A stretch of 64,000 nucleotides of DNA. Origin: Anthoceros angustus. Lineage: Eukaryota; Plantae; Anthocerotophyta. A program made the position numbers and the translations under genes. Positions 26,951 to 39,184 of this stretch are shown here, one piece after another; position 1 is the stretch's first letter, and each line of letters opens with the position of its first letter. The stretch covers positions 620,001-684,000 of the forward strand of contig VJWM01000019.1 of assembly GCA_010909165.1 (NCBI GenBank), read 5' to 3'. Below the pieces are notes generated by a model that saw only the letters and a program-made list of their open reading frames with translations, had not been told where the DNA came from and made no database searches.

Positions 26951-27579
26951 CTCATATATAGAGTCTTGCAGCAGTTATCCTTCGTCCGACATCGACAGCA
27001 AGTGAGGCATCCTCCTTTTACCTCGGTATTATGTAGGCCATTTGTTCTTCCATATGACATCGTCGACGCAGTAGGTTACTTTAGGGATGGAGCTTAGTCG
27101 CTCCTTTTAAGACTCGCGGCTCTCGGTCTACCTTTGATGTCCTGGGCTGGATCGTTTAGTCAACATAGTATATATTACAGAGAATCTTGGAAAGATGTTG
27201 TGTGTAGTGTAGAGGAGGGAACCTTTTTTCTCTCCTAATTTCCTTGAGGCATACTAGGGAAATGCTTTCTGCGAATGCTCGGCAGGATTTTCCTCCTTTC
27301 TCGACGTTTATCTCCGATGGTTTCAGGGGGTTGCAGGCGTTGTTGCTTGAGAAGCAGCTTGGCTAGGCTTTCCAGTTTGTCCTCTTGGACCCTCTATCCC
27401 TAGGTCCACGAGAGCTCGGCTTCGCTCTTGTTCTGGTAAGGGCGCAGATGCTTGGCTTCTGGCTCATCCATGTATACGGGGTTTTGTCATCGCACCAGCC
27501 ACCTCCACCACGGCGATGCGATTCCGTCTTGGCCTGCTTCAACCTGTAGCATCTTCCCTTCTTACCTGCGAATGCGGCT

Positions 27580-29238
27580 CTGCCCTCGATGACTCATGAT
27601 ATAGAATATCCCTAATATGAGCTGTAAAATCATTCACTTGAATTTGAATAGTGCCCTTACCCACAGCCATGTGAGGAGAGTCATCTCCCATGAGTACGGG
27701 CAGGGGTACCTCAAATGGGAGTAGTCTAAGAACCATTCTTTGTGTGGCGTCATGTGTTCAGTTGCTCCCGAGTCAAGCAGCCAATGATCTGGGAGGATTG
27801 AACTTCCAGCCAAGGCAGAGACAGCGGAAAATGGGTAAGCATTTTTGGAAGTGGTAGCGACAGCAGATGTGCTAGAGGTACTTCCTGGGGGGTTGTAAAT
27901 TCCAGCGGCTTTGTCACGCTATTTCTTTCTGCAGTCCGGGGCTATGTGCCCTTTCTTGGAGCAATAGTGACAAATTTTGTCCCTGTGATTAGGGTCTGAA
28001 GGTGGTGGTCGGCTAGGTCCTGGAGCAGATCCGGAATTCTTAGATCCAGATTTTTAATCTAGGGGTCCTGCGTCCACCTGCAAAGAGAGCTAAAGGAGGA
28101 GAGTTGTCTCTTGCAATCAAGACATCTTCATTGCGAATTTTGATCAGAAGACTTGGTAAAGTCAGTGGTTTTTGTTTGGTAGCCTGGTTAGCTTGTGTAG
28201 ACACAAATGACCTCCAGGATTTTGGGAGAGCCATCAGCAATTGTGTAACCTGCTGTTCCTCCTTTAGGTCAAGTCCTGTGGAGATGGCCTCATCCAGCGT
28301 CTTTTCCCAAGTTTCCATGAAATTTGAGACCCGAGCTCCGTCCTTGAGTTTGATGGAGGCTAGCTTTTGAGCAGCGAGGAGTTGTGAGGGTAAGCTTACC
28401 TCCTGCAATGATGTTGCAAGCTTGTCCCACAGGGATTTAACATCGGGTTGTCGCCTGACGGTGGGTAGGATTCTGTCTCCTATGTGCAAGATGAGCTCCG
28501 CGTGGGCAGAGGCATCCTTGACGATCCAAGCGGGTTCGTCTGCATGACCCTTGGCTGGTCTGGCTTCCGAGCCGTCCACCACAGGCCATAGCGTCAATGT
28601 TTTGAGGAGAGATTCTACCCTTATGGACCATGTCGCATAGTTCTGGTGAGTCAATTTTTCTATCTGATAATGTCTTGCTTGTGTGGGAGAAAGGGCACTA
28701 GAGCTAGCCATCTTGCTGCTTGGGAATATCAAAGGCCTAAACTACTTAAATATGATAGCTTGGATGATAGCATCTAAGTAGTTAATGTGCCTTCTCAATT
28801 CTGTTGTTTGTTTATGACTACTTATTGCAGCTTGTTCTAACTTCTGCATGGTATGTCTCATTTCCTTGCATTGATGGCAAGAAGAACGAGGTGTAACTAT
28901 GACCTGTTGCTGTAAGCAGATTCTCTGCAATTTTAGTCTGTTAACCTGTGCTATGAGGTTATGTTGTCTTTGTCTACAGAAGTGATTATAGCAAGCCATC
29001 GTAGGCTACCGGAGTCATGGATCATATCCAAGCTCTGATACCATGTCTCAAATTGAGAATGGAGAGATTGTAATTCAGGTTCTGTGCATTGTGTATCACG
29101 AAAATTGTACAGGGTTATGCTGTGAGAGCATATGAGAGATCAAGTCTCGAAGAGACACGACTGTTCACGAACGGGCATGACTACTGAGGTCCTAATCCCA
29201 CGGTCAGCTTATCTGTATGTGTTCATACATGCTCACAC
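27580..29238 (-). mobile_element. Truncated Ty1/copia LTR retrotransposon (partial 5' LTR, PBS, gag, zinc knuckle, protease)
   Basis: LTR end CA abuts the tRNA-iMet PBS TGGTATCAGAGC (about 29032-29043). gag IEKLTHQNYATWSIRVESLL...QLLMALPKSWRSF; knuckle CHYCSKKGHIAPDC; protease WLLDSGATEHMT. Frameshifts and stops; no integrase or RT. Confidence 0.9.
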
Positions 29239-29448
29239 TTCTTCCCACACCACGCCAATGTGGACAGGCTTTGGGATGTCTGGCAGGTGGGTATCTGTGT
29301 GGGATTTGCCTTCTTCTGCTTCCTTTCCTCCAAAGTTCATTTGCTTTCTTGGGTTCACAGCGTGTAGTGTGCGTTGTCGATTGTTGCGGTAGCAGAGGCG
29401 GGAGCAACTACGACGATGACGACTTTATGAATGCTAAGTTTTACTCTA
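29239..29448 (+). pseudogene. Intron-containing fragment of the polyphenol oxidase gene
   Basis: Near-identical to about 36422-36635 (FFPHHANVDRLWDVWQ + intron + GSNYDDDDFMNA). Confidence 0.9.
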
Positions 29449-30080
29449 TTCCTTTGAGCTGACTTAGACGCTTGTGCACTGCAGGCTTTTTTGGGTGCAA
29501 GCCTTGTATGTGTGTGACTGTTTTCATGGAAGCCCTTCTCTGTTGGTCCTTATGGAACAAGCTTGTTTCGGGGTAGTTAGTGCTATGTGAAACTGCACCC
29601 CCATAGACAGCAAGCCTATGAAACGTTGCAGCCCTGTATGCAGCCACTGCAGCCTTGCATGTAAGGGCAAACCCACTTAGCCGCGCCGGAAACACAGATG
29701 ATGACTGCAGCGCAAATGCAATTGCAAACAATAAGCGCAGCGCTAACGCAATCGCTGACAACCCTAAAAAAATGTGGATATCGCGTGACCAGAGATGGAA
29801 TATTGCGTGCTGTAATACGCAAATGATCTAAACGCAACCCTAAACCCGAGAGAAGAAAAATTTATGTGTATTGTAAAATCTTTTCGTGCATCATGGGATA
29901 GGTTGATGACATCGGGATACCGGGGGCGCAGCCCCGACCAATGTGGTCATGCGTGACATACGGAGATAGTTCCCCTCTATGGGGCGGGACTATTTGTTTC
30001 TGTTTCACAACCTTAAAAAAATGTGGATGCCGCGTGACCGGTATTCCATATCGGATAATGCCATATATGGTATTTAACCT

Positions 30081-32555
30081 TCAGCCAAACGCGTGGCCGG
30101 TGAGTTGGTGCATGGCCTTGTCCTCCATTGGAGGGTGGCTGAGGGAAGAGTATTGTGACGAGTGATCCACTCCAGGAGCTGTTCTCGCTGCGCGGGTGTG
30201 GGGCGCCCTCGTGATCACTTCAAGATTCGCTTGGCGGCCGTTTGAAGATGTGTGGAGTCGTGAACTGAGCGCATCACGAGTCGGTCGGGTTCATAGCAAA
30301 GGCTCTGATGCTGAGGCGTCGTAGGTGAGTCAGGGTCCGCAAGCAAACTGAGATTGGTGCGCAGTGGCGGATTCCTGGTTCACCTACGCCGCTTCCGCAT
30401 CAAATCGTGTGCGCAACATCTATATGCCATGCTCCGAATTCTCCCTGAAGACGCTGTCTACAACGCACACAAGCGCTTCTCAGTGAGGTGGAAGAATCAA
30501 GTGGATGTTTTGTGGAAGGTGTCCTACCAATGTTCTCTCTCATTCCGTTATCTGCAACCTGTGGCCTTCATTTGGTAGGCTGGCAGTGCTGTCTCCTTCG
30601 AAACCTGAAACGAGTGGTCTAAGGTCTTGCAAGTCTCTAATTGCCGATGCTCTGTGTGGTCCTCAATGCGAGTCCTCTGCGACTGCCCCGGTTCTCTCAC
30701 AAGGTAGGTGCCTGTTACGGTGAAGCAGAGAGGCGTCTGTGATCTCTCTTTGATATGGTCGAGGTTAGGGAAGTGCAGCGAACTTGAAGGCAGTTCTGCG
30801 CTGGAAGACCATTGTCGGATATCGGTTCCTAATTTCATGACATACGTAGGTGGCTCCTATAGTTTTGTGCTGTGGTGAAACGATGCTGCTTTCAGATTGG
30901 GAGAGCGCACTCCAAAAACTCCTCACTGATGGAGTGTAGTAGTAGGAGGAAGTATGTCTCATGGTGTGTGATTCCCATGAGAGTTTTTACTTGTGTTCCG
31001 GGTGACTTGTCGTGTGAACTGTCTGTGAAGCTGAAATATATCCGAGAAACACATACGGTGAAAACATCTGATTTAAAACACTTTGTCATAGCCCCAGCAA
31101 CTGCTTCTTACCTGAGTCAGAGCAGGCTGCAGACTTTCCACGCTGCAAACTTTGCAAGCAGCAAGCTTTCCATGCCACAAACGTTTCAGGCATCAAACTT
31201 GGTGATGCACAAGCCAAGCTGCAGGTGAGCATTTAAGGATCTGCAAAGTCCTGCACCTGGTCTTTCGAAGTGAGCATTTGAGGATCTTCAAGACCGGCTT
31301 TCAAACGCCATATCAATCAATGTAGAGTCCTTGTTCTCCCTCTGTTCACAACTTGAAACGATATTGAAAACAAGTGATGAGGTCACAATCTGAGGGTTAC
31401 CACTTCATGAATGTGTTGTGGTACTACCACTGTGTGGCTGACAGTGCCGGAATGCCACCACCCTGGAGCATTCTCAAAGTCTTCAAAGTCTTGGAGAATG
31501 GTGAACTTGGGAAAAGCTTGGTGGTTCATGAACCGTCCTTTTCATCGCGAACCACAAGACTTCATAAGATAGAGTCTTTATATGTCCTGGCGCATGCGGA
31601 CGAGCTTGCTTTCGTGTAAAGGAAACTTTAAGGAGTGACCGATCTAGACTCGCGCAAGGAATCAGGCCAGTCATGGGCCTCCAGAGTCCACAGCAGCCGG
31701 TGAAGCATTTGAGAAGTTCCTTTCCTCCAGGGGAGGACCAGATTCATCCACATAGATATGCTCATTTTCTTCCGCATTGTATAGATACCGTCCTCAACCT
31801 TGTGTTCCCTCGATAGTCTGCTCACACACTTCTCTCCTCGCAGTATTTGGAAGTAGCAGGTCGGACGAGAAGGACAGTGATTAGTGAGCACAGAAGGATG
31901 CTCCTTGGCCAGCCGACATAAGTAGCAGCGACGCCGGTGAAGCAAAAGAGCTCCATGGCCAAAACGGCGATGTCAATCCGCATGCATCCACTACGAACTG
32001 TGACGTACTTGCTTGTGGCACTGACATTTGCAGAGGCCAAGGGACGCATTCTCAACATCGGAGTGTACACGCACCAGATCGTCAACGGTCCCAATCAAAC
32101 CGAGTCGCTGGTAGTGGCGGGTGTGAACGGCGTGCTGGGCACACAGTCCTTCGGCGCCATCAACGTGATAGACGATCCCTTGAGGCTCGGCCTCGCAGAG
32201 AGCTCCTTACTGCTGGGGCGCGTCAGGGGCTTGATTGTCAATTCCCATGCCTTCACCGCCGATCTCACCTTCTCCATCAGCTATGGCAACGTGACGGGCC
32301 ACATCCAGGTGCATGGCACCGATGTGGTTGATCCCCCGACGCCGTCCCAATTTTCTGTTGTGGGCGGCACCGAAGATTTTGCGCTGGCCAGGGGCGTGGC
32401 CTACTGGCTGTTGGGTTCCATCTCCACGGACGCCGTGGGCCTGGAGCGGCGCGTGAGCCAGTGGAACATCACGCTTTACCAGGATCCGCTCGGGCCTAAG
32501 CTGAAGCAGCTGCACGCGCAGCTGTCGCCCGACCTGGCTTGGTGGTAACATAGCT
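30081..32555. repeat. Segmental duplication, copy B (paralogous to about 23777-26545)
   Basis: Same collinear blocks as copy A, ending just after the second dirigent gene. Confidence 0.9.
31955..32548 (+). CDS. Dirigent-like protein, secreted, intronless (paralog of 25934-26536)
   Basis: LRTVTYLLVALTFAEAK signal; FGAINVIDDPLRLG and FSVVGGTEDFALARG; same C-terminus ..LSPDLAWW*. Confidence 0.88.
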   Translation: MAKTAMSIRMHPLRTVTYLLVALTFAEAKGRILNIGVYTHQIVNGPNQTESLVVAGVNGVLGTQSFGAINVIDDPLRLGLAESSLLLGRVRGLIVNSHAFTADLTFSISYGNVTGHIQVHGTDVVDPPTPSQFSVVGGTEDFALARGVAYWLLGSISTDAVGLERRVSQWNITLYQDPLGPKLKQLHAQLSPDLAWW

Positions 32556-33478
32556 AGCTAGCCATAGGCAGAGTTCTTTTTGAACACTACCTAGTGGAAT
32601 GCAAGACCATTCTATAGATATCACGGATATGTTTTATATATTAATATTAATTTTTATAGGTTTAAAATATTTAGAAATATGGAATATAATCCATAACAAA
32701 TGAAGTTTAGCATCAAGGGAGGGATGAGGTCAGCCAGGTGTCAATGATTGGTATTATATTTATGTCTAATCTAAATCTATATAAAGTGTTTTATGTGTGG
32801 TATTAGTATACATATACTTTGAAAGCTCCCTTGTGTTTTATATCTTATATTTTTGCTTTTGGCCTCTTGTTTTTGGCCTCTCCTTTTGTATGGGCATACC
32901 AAAGAATCTTGAATAGGGTCATGTGGAAGTTATAATTAGCTCAAGTGCTGATGCGAGAGATGTATGAAGGTGGTGGTATTAAAGCAGTATTCTTTTGTTC
33001 CACAAAAACAAAAAGACTGTCTAGTTAAAGGTAAACAAGTACCTTGTAAATGCCTTGAGTTAGATTGTTGTCATGCCTTGTGACACTAATCTAAGCGTTT
33101 GGGTCTAGTGATGGATTAATGTTAATTAATCTAATTACTTATCTTTACATAAAAATTAATAAAAATTAATGTAAATTTGTTTATATTAATTAAGATAAGA
33201 TTAGTATTAAATAAAAATTATTAGTGATAGCTAAGTGGATAAGCATTAGGAATACGTGTTAAGATATTTCTTGCATATTATAGTGGAGGATATTTTTAGC
33301 ATATGTTCATGCCAAAAGGATATCTTAGGAATATGCTGATGCCACGGACTAGAATATGCAGATCCTTCATGGAGGACAAGTTCAAATAGTAGTTTGTGTT
33401 GCATATATGCAAGTAAAAGAGTGTTGTGAAGAGGCCATGACTACGAGAGTGATGTGTGAGGAATTTGTTGTTCTCTCA

Positions 33479-33938
33479 CGGAGAGTGGTTGTGCCACAAA
33501 GTGGGAGCTACTTTTTCCTATTCTTATTGCTTTGCATCTATATTGGCATAGATTTGTGGAATATATTATAGCGGACACTATGGTATGATATAAGGGAGAG
33601 TGGTTGTGTCACAAAGTGAGAGCTACTTTTTCCTATTCTTATTGCTTTGTGCCAGAAAGTGGGAGCTACTTTTTCCTATTCTTATTGCTTTGTGCCACAA
33701 AGTGGGAGCTACTTTTTCCTATTCTTATTGCTTTGCATCTATATTGGCATAGATTTGTGGAATATATTATAGCGGACACTATGGTATGATATAAGCAAAC
33801 ACTATGGTATGCTATAAGGGAGAGTGGTTGTGCCACAAAGTGGGAGCTACTTTTTCCTATTCTTATTGCTTTGCATCTATATTGGCATAGATTTGTGGAA
33901 TATATTATAGCGGACACTATGGTATGATATAAGCAAAC
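33479..33938. repeat. Complex AT-rich tandem repeat (about 115-bp unit x3 plus partial internal duplications)
   Basis: Recurrent GGGAGAGTGGTTGTGCCACAAAGTGGGAGCTACTTTTTCCTATTCTTATTGCTTTGCATCTATATTGGCATAGATTTGTGGAATATATTATAGCGGACACTATGGTATGATATAAG. Confidence 0.88.
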
Positions 33939-35314
33939 ATCAGTGATTTGTCGAGTTAATAGTATTGAATCATCCCATCTCGCCTCCACTAAGAACTTTC
34001 CACTAGCCCCCAGCATGTGAACAAGGTGTACAACACTATCATGATAGATAATGCAGCCAGTTCTTATACAAATAGTTTACTGTTATATCTCATATATGGA
34101 GAATTATTATGTATCATACCTTGCTAAGATGGATTTCATGATACGGAATTTGCAGGTGTGGTACTTGATGATCAGGGAATAATTATTTTGGAGCAGTCTA
34201 TACAGCGGATATTTTAAAAACATTAATGCTGCTTTAGATTTATAATTTGTTTTCTATTTTCTCTGAAGACCCGTATGTCTACGTGCGTATTAGGTGTACC
34301 AAAGGCTGACAAATGAGGGAGATGTTCCAGTCCGGACCTCGGTTGTTGGGTTGTTGCGGAGAGGAAGAGAGAGCGTGGATTGGCGGTGAGCTGGCGGCCA
34401 CCAGGTTTGCCGCGCTGCTCACGGACTTGAGGTGTGCCCCCCAATGAGGCGTGACAGGGATTTGAAGCGGGATGCCTGGAAAGAAGGTTCCTTGCACATC
34501 GCCGTCACAAGGCTGCCGTCCACGCTACTGAACAAACCACTGCAGCCTTTCAGCCTTTCGTACATGGTCCAAAACACATGCCTGGTCGGAATGAGGGCCC
34601 AGCTTTTGAACACGAGTGCAATTGTCGAAGATGTAAGGCTGGCCTGCACAAATGCCCTCGCCGTCGGTACCCCAAGGCCATGATCCACTCCAACCTCCAT
34701 CAACATGCCCCATGCCCAAAGGCTCGTCTCTGTTGTGCTGCTTCCTCACCGTGCAGACCCGTTCTCGAAATCGTGCATACCAACCTGACCATGTATGTAC
34801 AAACTCTGGAATATTGTAGTGATATGTTGTTGGGTTGCCACTGCGGCCGTTCATCCCTCAACGTCGATACCAAAGTCCATCCCTTTGGTATCGATGTGTA
34901 GGCCAGGGGCTGCGCGCTTTCTACTGCAAAAGCAGTGTCGTGTACGTTACCAGCTCCCTACAGTCACGAGCCGGGTGACCGCTTCAATGGGATGACGCCC
35001 ATGTGTGCATACATGGTCGCCGGAGTCCTGGACCGTCCGGCAAGGAACAGAGTGCAAGGCCGTCTCGTGTTCTGTACCCGCTGCTGCATTCTGGAAGATG
35101 GGGGTGAATTATTGACCAGTACGAGGACTCGGAGCACCACTTGCACTACCCAACAATTCTCTATGCGGTTAGGTGAGTAAGACGACCAAAGTGAACTCTT
35201 GACAACATTTGACATCGTCAAATTTCCATCCCAAAAAGAGCAGGTTCAAGAGCGTCCAGCACAAATGCAATGCACTCGCAAGGGCCCTCTGCAGCCCGCG
35301 CGCACCGATCCAGC

Positions 35315-36855
35315 ATGGAGCGGCAGGCGGAGAGGCTGTTGCTGGCAATGCTCGTGTGTGCTGCCCTTGCCCTTGTGGCGGAAGCAGTGCCCATGGAAGC
35401 CGATTTCTGGGACTGCAATCCCAGGCCAGACCCCGTGGGAGTGCTGGTAACTCTCACGCCCAATTGCTGCTCTCTGGAGGCCTTGATGCGCAAGCCCAAG
35501 CCCATCTTCAAGAGCTGGAAGGAGTATGTGGAGCAGACCGGGCTGGACAAGCTGCCTGTGAGGGTGCGGCCTGCCGCCCATTTGATCGCCGACAACGCCA
35601 CCTACCTCCGCCAGCTGGACCTGGCCTTCCAGCGCTTCAAGGCGCTTCCCGACTCTGATCCCCGATCCGTTTTCCAGCAGATGAACTTCCACTGCATGTA
35701 TGGCTACCCCGGCGTGATTCACCGGACGGGGAATCCCAGCAGTATCTATCGCACGCACGGCAACTGGCTCTTCTTCCCCTTCCATCGCTGGTGAGCTTCT
35801 TCCCTGGGTCTGCATTCAGTGTGTGGAATTGCATTGCATTCCATTGCTTGGAGCATCATTGCATAGCGTGCTGCAAATGCAATTCTTCTGCAACATTCGC
35901 TGGTCGGGATTGGGTGGGACAGGTATACCTTCTTCTTCGAGAGGACGCTGGCCAAGCTGGTGGGAGACGACTCCCTCATGCTGCCGTTCTGGAACTGGGA
36001 CAACCAGAGTCCCGACTACAAGCATCTGCCCAACACGGTTCCCTTCTACTTCCGCGATCCTGACAAGTATCCCGGGCTCTACCACAAGTACCGCGACCCG
36101 AGGCACCGGCCGGGAGCGGAGCCGGCGGTGATCAATCTGGACTATTGGACGGTTGTGGAGGGCTACGCTCCGGTGACGCCGCAGGAGGTGGCTCAGGCTC
36201 GGGCGGACAACAACGCCATCATGCGCTACCTGCTGGACAGCACAGCCAACGGGGAGAAAGCACCGTTTCTGTCGGACCCGATGAAGCTCGGGAGAGAGAG
36301 GATGGACAACGATGGCTTTTTCGAGAAGAGGGCGCACATGGCGGTGCATTTCTGGCTGGGAGACGCGGCCTACGCTTTTGCGGACATGGGAGTGATCTAC
36401 CACGCTGTCAGGGACCCGCTCTTCTTCCCGCACCACGCCAATGTGGACAGGCTTTGGGATGTCTGGCAGGTGGGTACCGGTGTGGGATTTGCCTTCTTCT
36501 GCTTCCTTTCCTCCAAAGTTCATTTGCTTTCTTGGGTTCACGGAACAGTGTGTGCGTCGTGCGATTGCTGCAGGCGCAGGAGGGCAGGAGCAACTACGAC
36601 GATGACGACTTTATGAATGCTGAGTTTTACTTCTACGATGAGAATGCTGAGATCGTGAAGGTTACTGTGGCTGACTGTCTCAACACCGACCTCCTCAGAT
36701 ACGCACACCAGGACGTGGAGAATCCCTGGCTCACCTACGACGCCTCTGCTGCTGCTCAAGCTAACCCTGTGAAGGGCATTTCCAAGCATGAGCCTCCTTC
36801 GATATTTCAGACAATGGGTGGGTGGGATGTTGATCAGCGACTCACCAGCGTATAG
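35315..36855 (+). CDS. PPO: Polyphenol oxidase (type-3 copper), 3 exons, signal peptide, lacking the C-terminal KFDV domain
   Basis: Signal LLLAMLVCAALALVAEA; disulfide motif CNPRP..PNCC; CuA HCMYG...THGNWLFFPFHRW; LPFWNWD; CuB RAHMAVH...DPLFFPHHANVDRLW; DWL-type region FYFYDENAEIVKVTVADCLNTDLLRY. Introns follow 35790 and 36469. Confidence 0.93.
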
Positions 36856-37172
36856 GGAGTGATGTCCGCACTCCTACTTTTGCCAAGATCCACACTTGCC
36901 ATGTGTATTTTTCCTCTGATGGTGCCACCTGTTTGAATTGAAAAGGAGCTTCTGGACGTTAAACCTCCCTTGGTTCACACCGGAAGTGGTCCCCTGGCTG
37001 TTCCACAACCATCGGCAGATGCCCTATTGACGAGTGGCATTGGACAAGAAGAGGCTAATCTCGAGAAAGTATTCACATGGTCACTGACAACACATTCCAC
37101 ACAGTGCAATCCTGAAGACAAGGAACTTGGAGAAAACGTGGAGGAGGAAAGCTTTTCAGCTTGTCAGAGCGT

Positions 37173-37256
37173 GATGACACAACACATATAGCTATGCTTT
37201 TCTGTTTTCTCATTGATGACACAACACATATAGCTATGCTTTTCTGTTTTCTCATT
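37173..37256. repeat. 42-bp perfect tandem duplication
   Basis: GATGACACAACACATATAGCTATGCTTTTCTGTTTTCTCATT x2. Confidence 0.9.
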
Positions 37257-37630
37257 GATGTGCCATTCTGTTTCAGATTTTTTCAATTGATACATGTAGG
37301 TGGACAGGGAGTAGGGGAGACACCCCATCCCTGTTGAATTTGTTCCAAGGGCGACCTTGAGACGATTACTTGTAGAGTGGCGATGTGAGTGGAGTTGTGT
37401 GGAGTTGAGAGCCCGAGGGGCGCTTAATTATGGAGTGGAAATGTGGAGTTGAGAACTCCACAGGTTTGGTGTCTCAAAAGTTCCCTCGTACCCAACATGT
37501 GCAATTTTGTTTTCTCCAACTCAAAGCCTTACCAACCATCACAATTCATCAAAGGGCAACAAGCGGTGACGGTTGATAAACCCTAAACCCTCAACCCACA
37601 ACTCCCATCAGCAACTGCGGGAGATCAGTC

Positions 37631-38274
37631 TCATGCCTGGATCTTGCTCTGGTAAAGCTTGTGGAAGGCCTCGATCACTTCCAAATGCCAAACAGCCTCT
37701 CTGTCTGGTGACGGGCTCAAGTCCACAATCTTGTGCACCTGCAGGGGCACTACGCATGAGTGAACTTGAGGGGCAATTGCCAAAACCAACAGACAGGACG
37801 CGGCCTACCTTGAGAGCAGGCATGCGGGCATCAGCCGGAATATAAGCGCCAATCACCAACACATACATTCCTGCAACGGCGCACCAATACTGTGAGACGC
37901 GTGCAAGGACAGTGCGATTGAGCAGGCAGCAGGCGTGCAGGCGCGGGAGTCAATCCAACCGGGCTTCCAGTCCTGGTACTCTGCGTTCTCCGTCAGGATG
38001 AGCTCAATCAAACCGCTTCCGTCGTCCAGCACAAACCGGCCCTGCTCTGGCGGTCCAGCCACCAAAACGCCCTAAAATTCTGCAAGCACATCAGACCGGA
38101 GACACGTTCCCAGTACAAGTGCGGGGACATACAACACGGCAAATGCAGGACCACCTGAACCCAAGCTCGCTGAAATCGGAGAGCACCCAGACCGTAGGCT
38201 GACGCGGAAGGAACCAGTGCCGCTGCCTTCAGCTGGGCCACTAGCACCTTCAAACACTGCAGACTGTAGTCCAT
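37631..38274 (-). CDS. RMI2: RecQ-mediated genome instability protein 2 (OB fold), 4 exons
   Basis: MDYSLQCLKVLVAQL..LRFQRAWVQ|GVLV..FVLDDGSGLIEL..WKPG|MYVLVIGAY..PALK|VHKIVDLSPSPDREAVWHLEVIEAFHKLYQSKIQA*. Confidence 0.92.
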
Positions 38275-38296
38275 GTTTTCCCCGTCACAAATTCAG

Positions 38297-38480
38297 ATGC
38301 TTGTCACTCGTAAGACCAAATTATGTTGGTAACGGATTTTTCTGTCGCGGGTTTGTTGCAACACTTCATGTTCACAGGTTCATTTATGGATGCTTGTCAC
38401 TCAAAAGACCAGATTACAGACGTAGGTAAGCAAAACTTCTGTCGGGGATTTGTTGCAGTGCTTCTTGTTCACAAGTTCAT
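38297..38480. repeat. Diverged tandem duplication of about 92 bp upstream of RMI2
   Basis: GATGCTTGTCACTC..AAGACCA..TTTGTTGCA..TGTTCACA.GTTCATT.ATGG occurs twice. Confidence 0.7.
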
Positions 38481-39184
38481 TCATGGCTTCAATATCATGG
38501 GCCTCTGTATGAAAATGGGAGCTCCAGCAAGTTTTCCCAAAGTTTCCTGCCTGTCTAATGTATACATGAGCAGACACGACTGACGTGGCTGAAGATGTTC
38601 AGTTTAACAAAGTGGAGAAAGACCATGGTGAGAATTTAGAAACAACAGCACGAGCAAGAGCAAGAGCAAGAGTGTGCAAGATGTAACCTAGCAGAGCCGT
38701 ACAAGAAATCAGGGCTGTCAGGACTCGAGGGGCCTGTAGATGAGACCGAGCCACGCACAGGGTGTCAACTTGCAGCTAAGGACCCTGGTTGAGTGCCAAA
38801 GTGGTTCCCCTGCTCCTTGCGTATACATAGAACAGTTTACCATCTTCAAGTCGCCACACATCAGGCATATACACTGAGGTCGCTGCTTGAAGCAGAGATC
38901 CTGATACTGAGTGAGGAGCTGTCGTGTGCCCTCTTCACGGTCATTGGTGTCAGACGGCCACAGGCCATTGGCTAAAATTTAGGGAAGGAAATTGAAAGGC
39001 CCAAATATCTTTGTCCACCACTTCACGGGAGTGGATGGAGATTGCTTCAGAGCAATAAGGGGACCAGGGCTGCCCAGCTGAGCTGGCAACCTTAAATATC
39101 ACATCAATCCAACAACAATCTCTACGCTTTGCAACTACTTTGGAGACCACCAGGAGTGCGCCAAAACACAAAGTTGCAGCTGCT

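Noticed and set aside
37577-37591. Telomere-like TAAACCCTAAACCCT
   Set aside because: Only two units, consistent with a telo-box or chance rather than an interstitial telomere.
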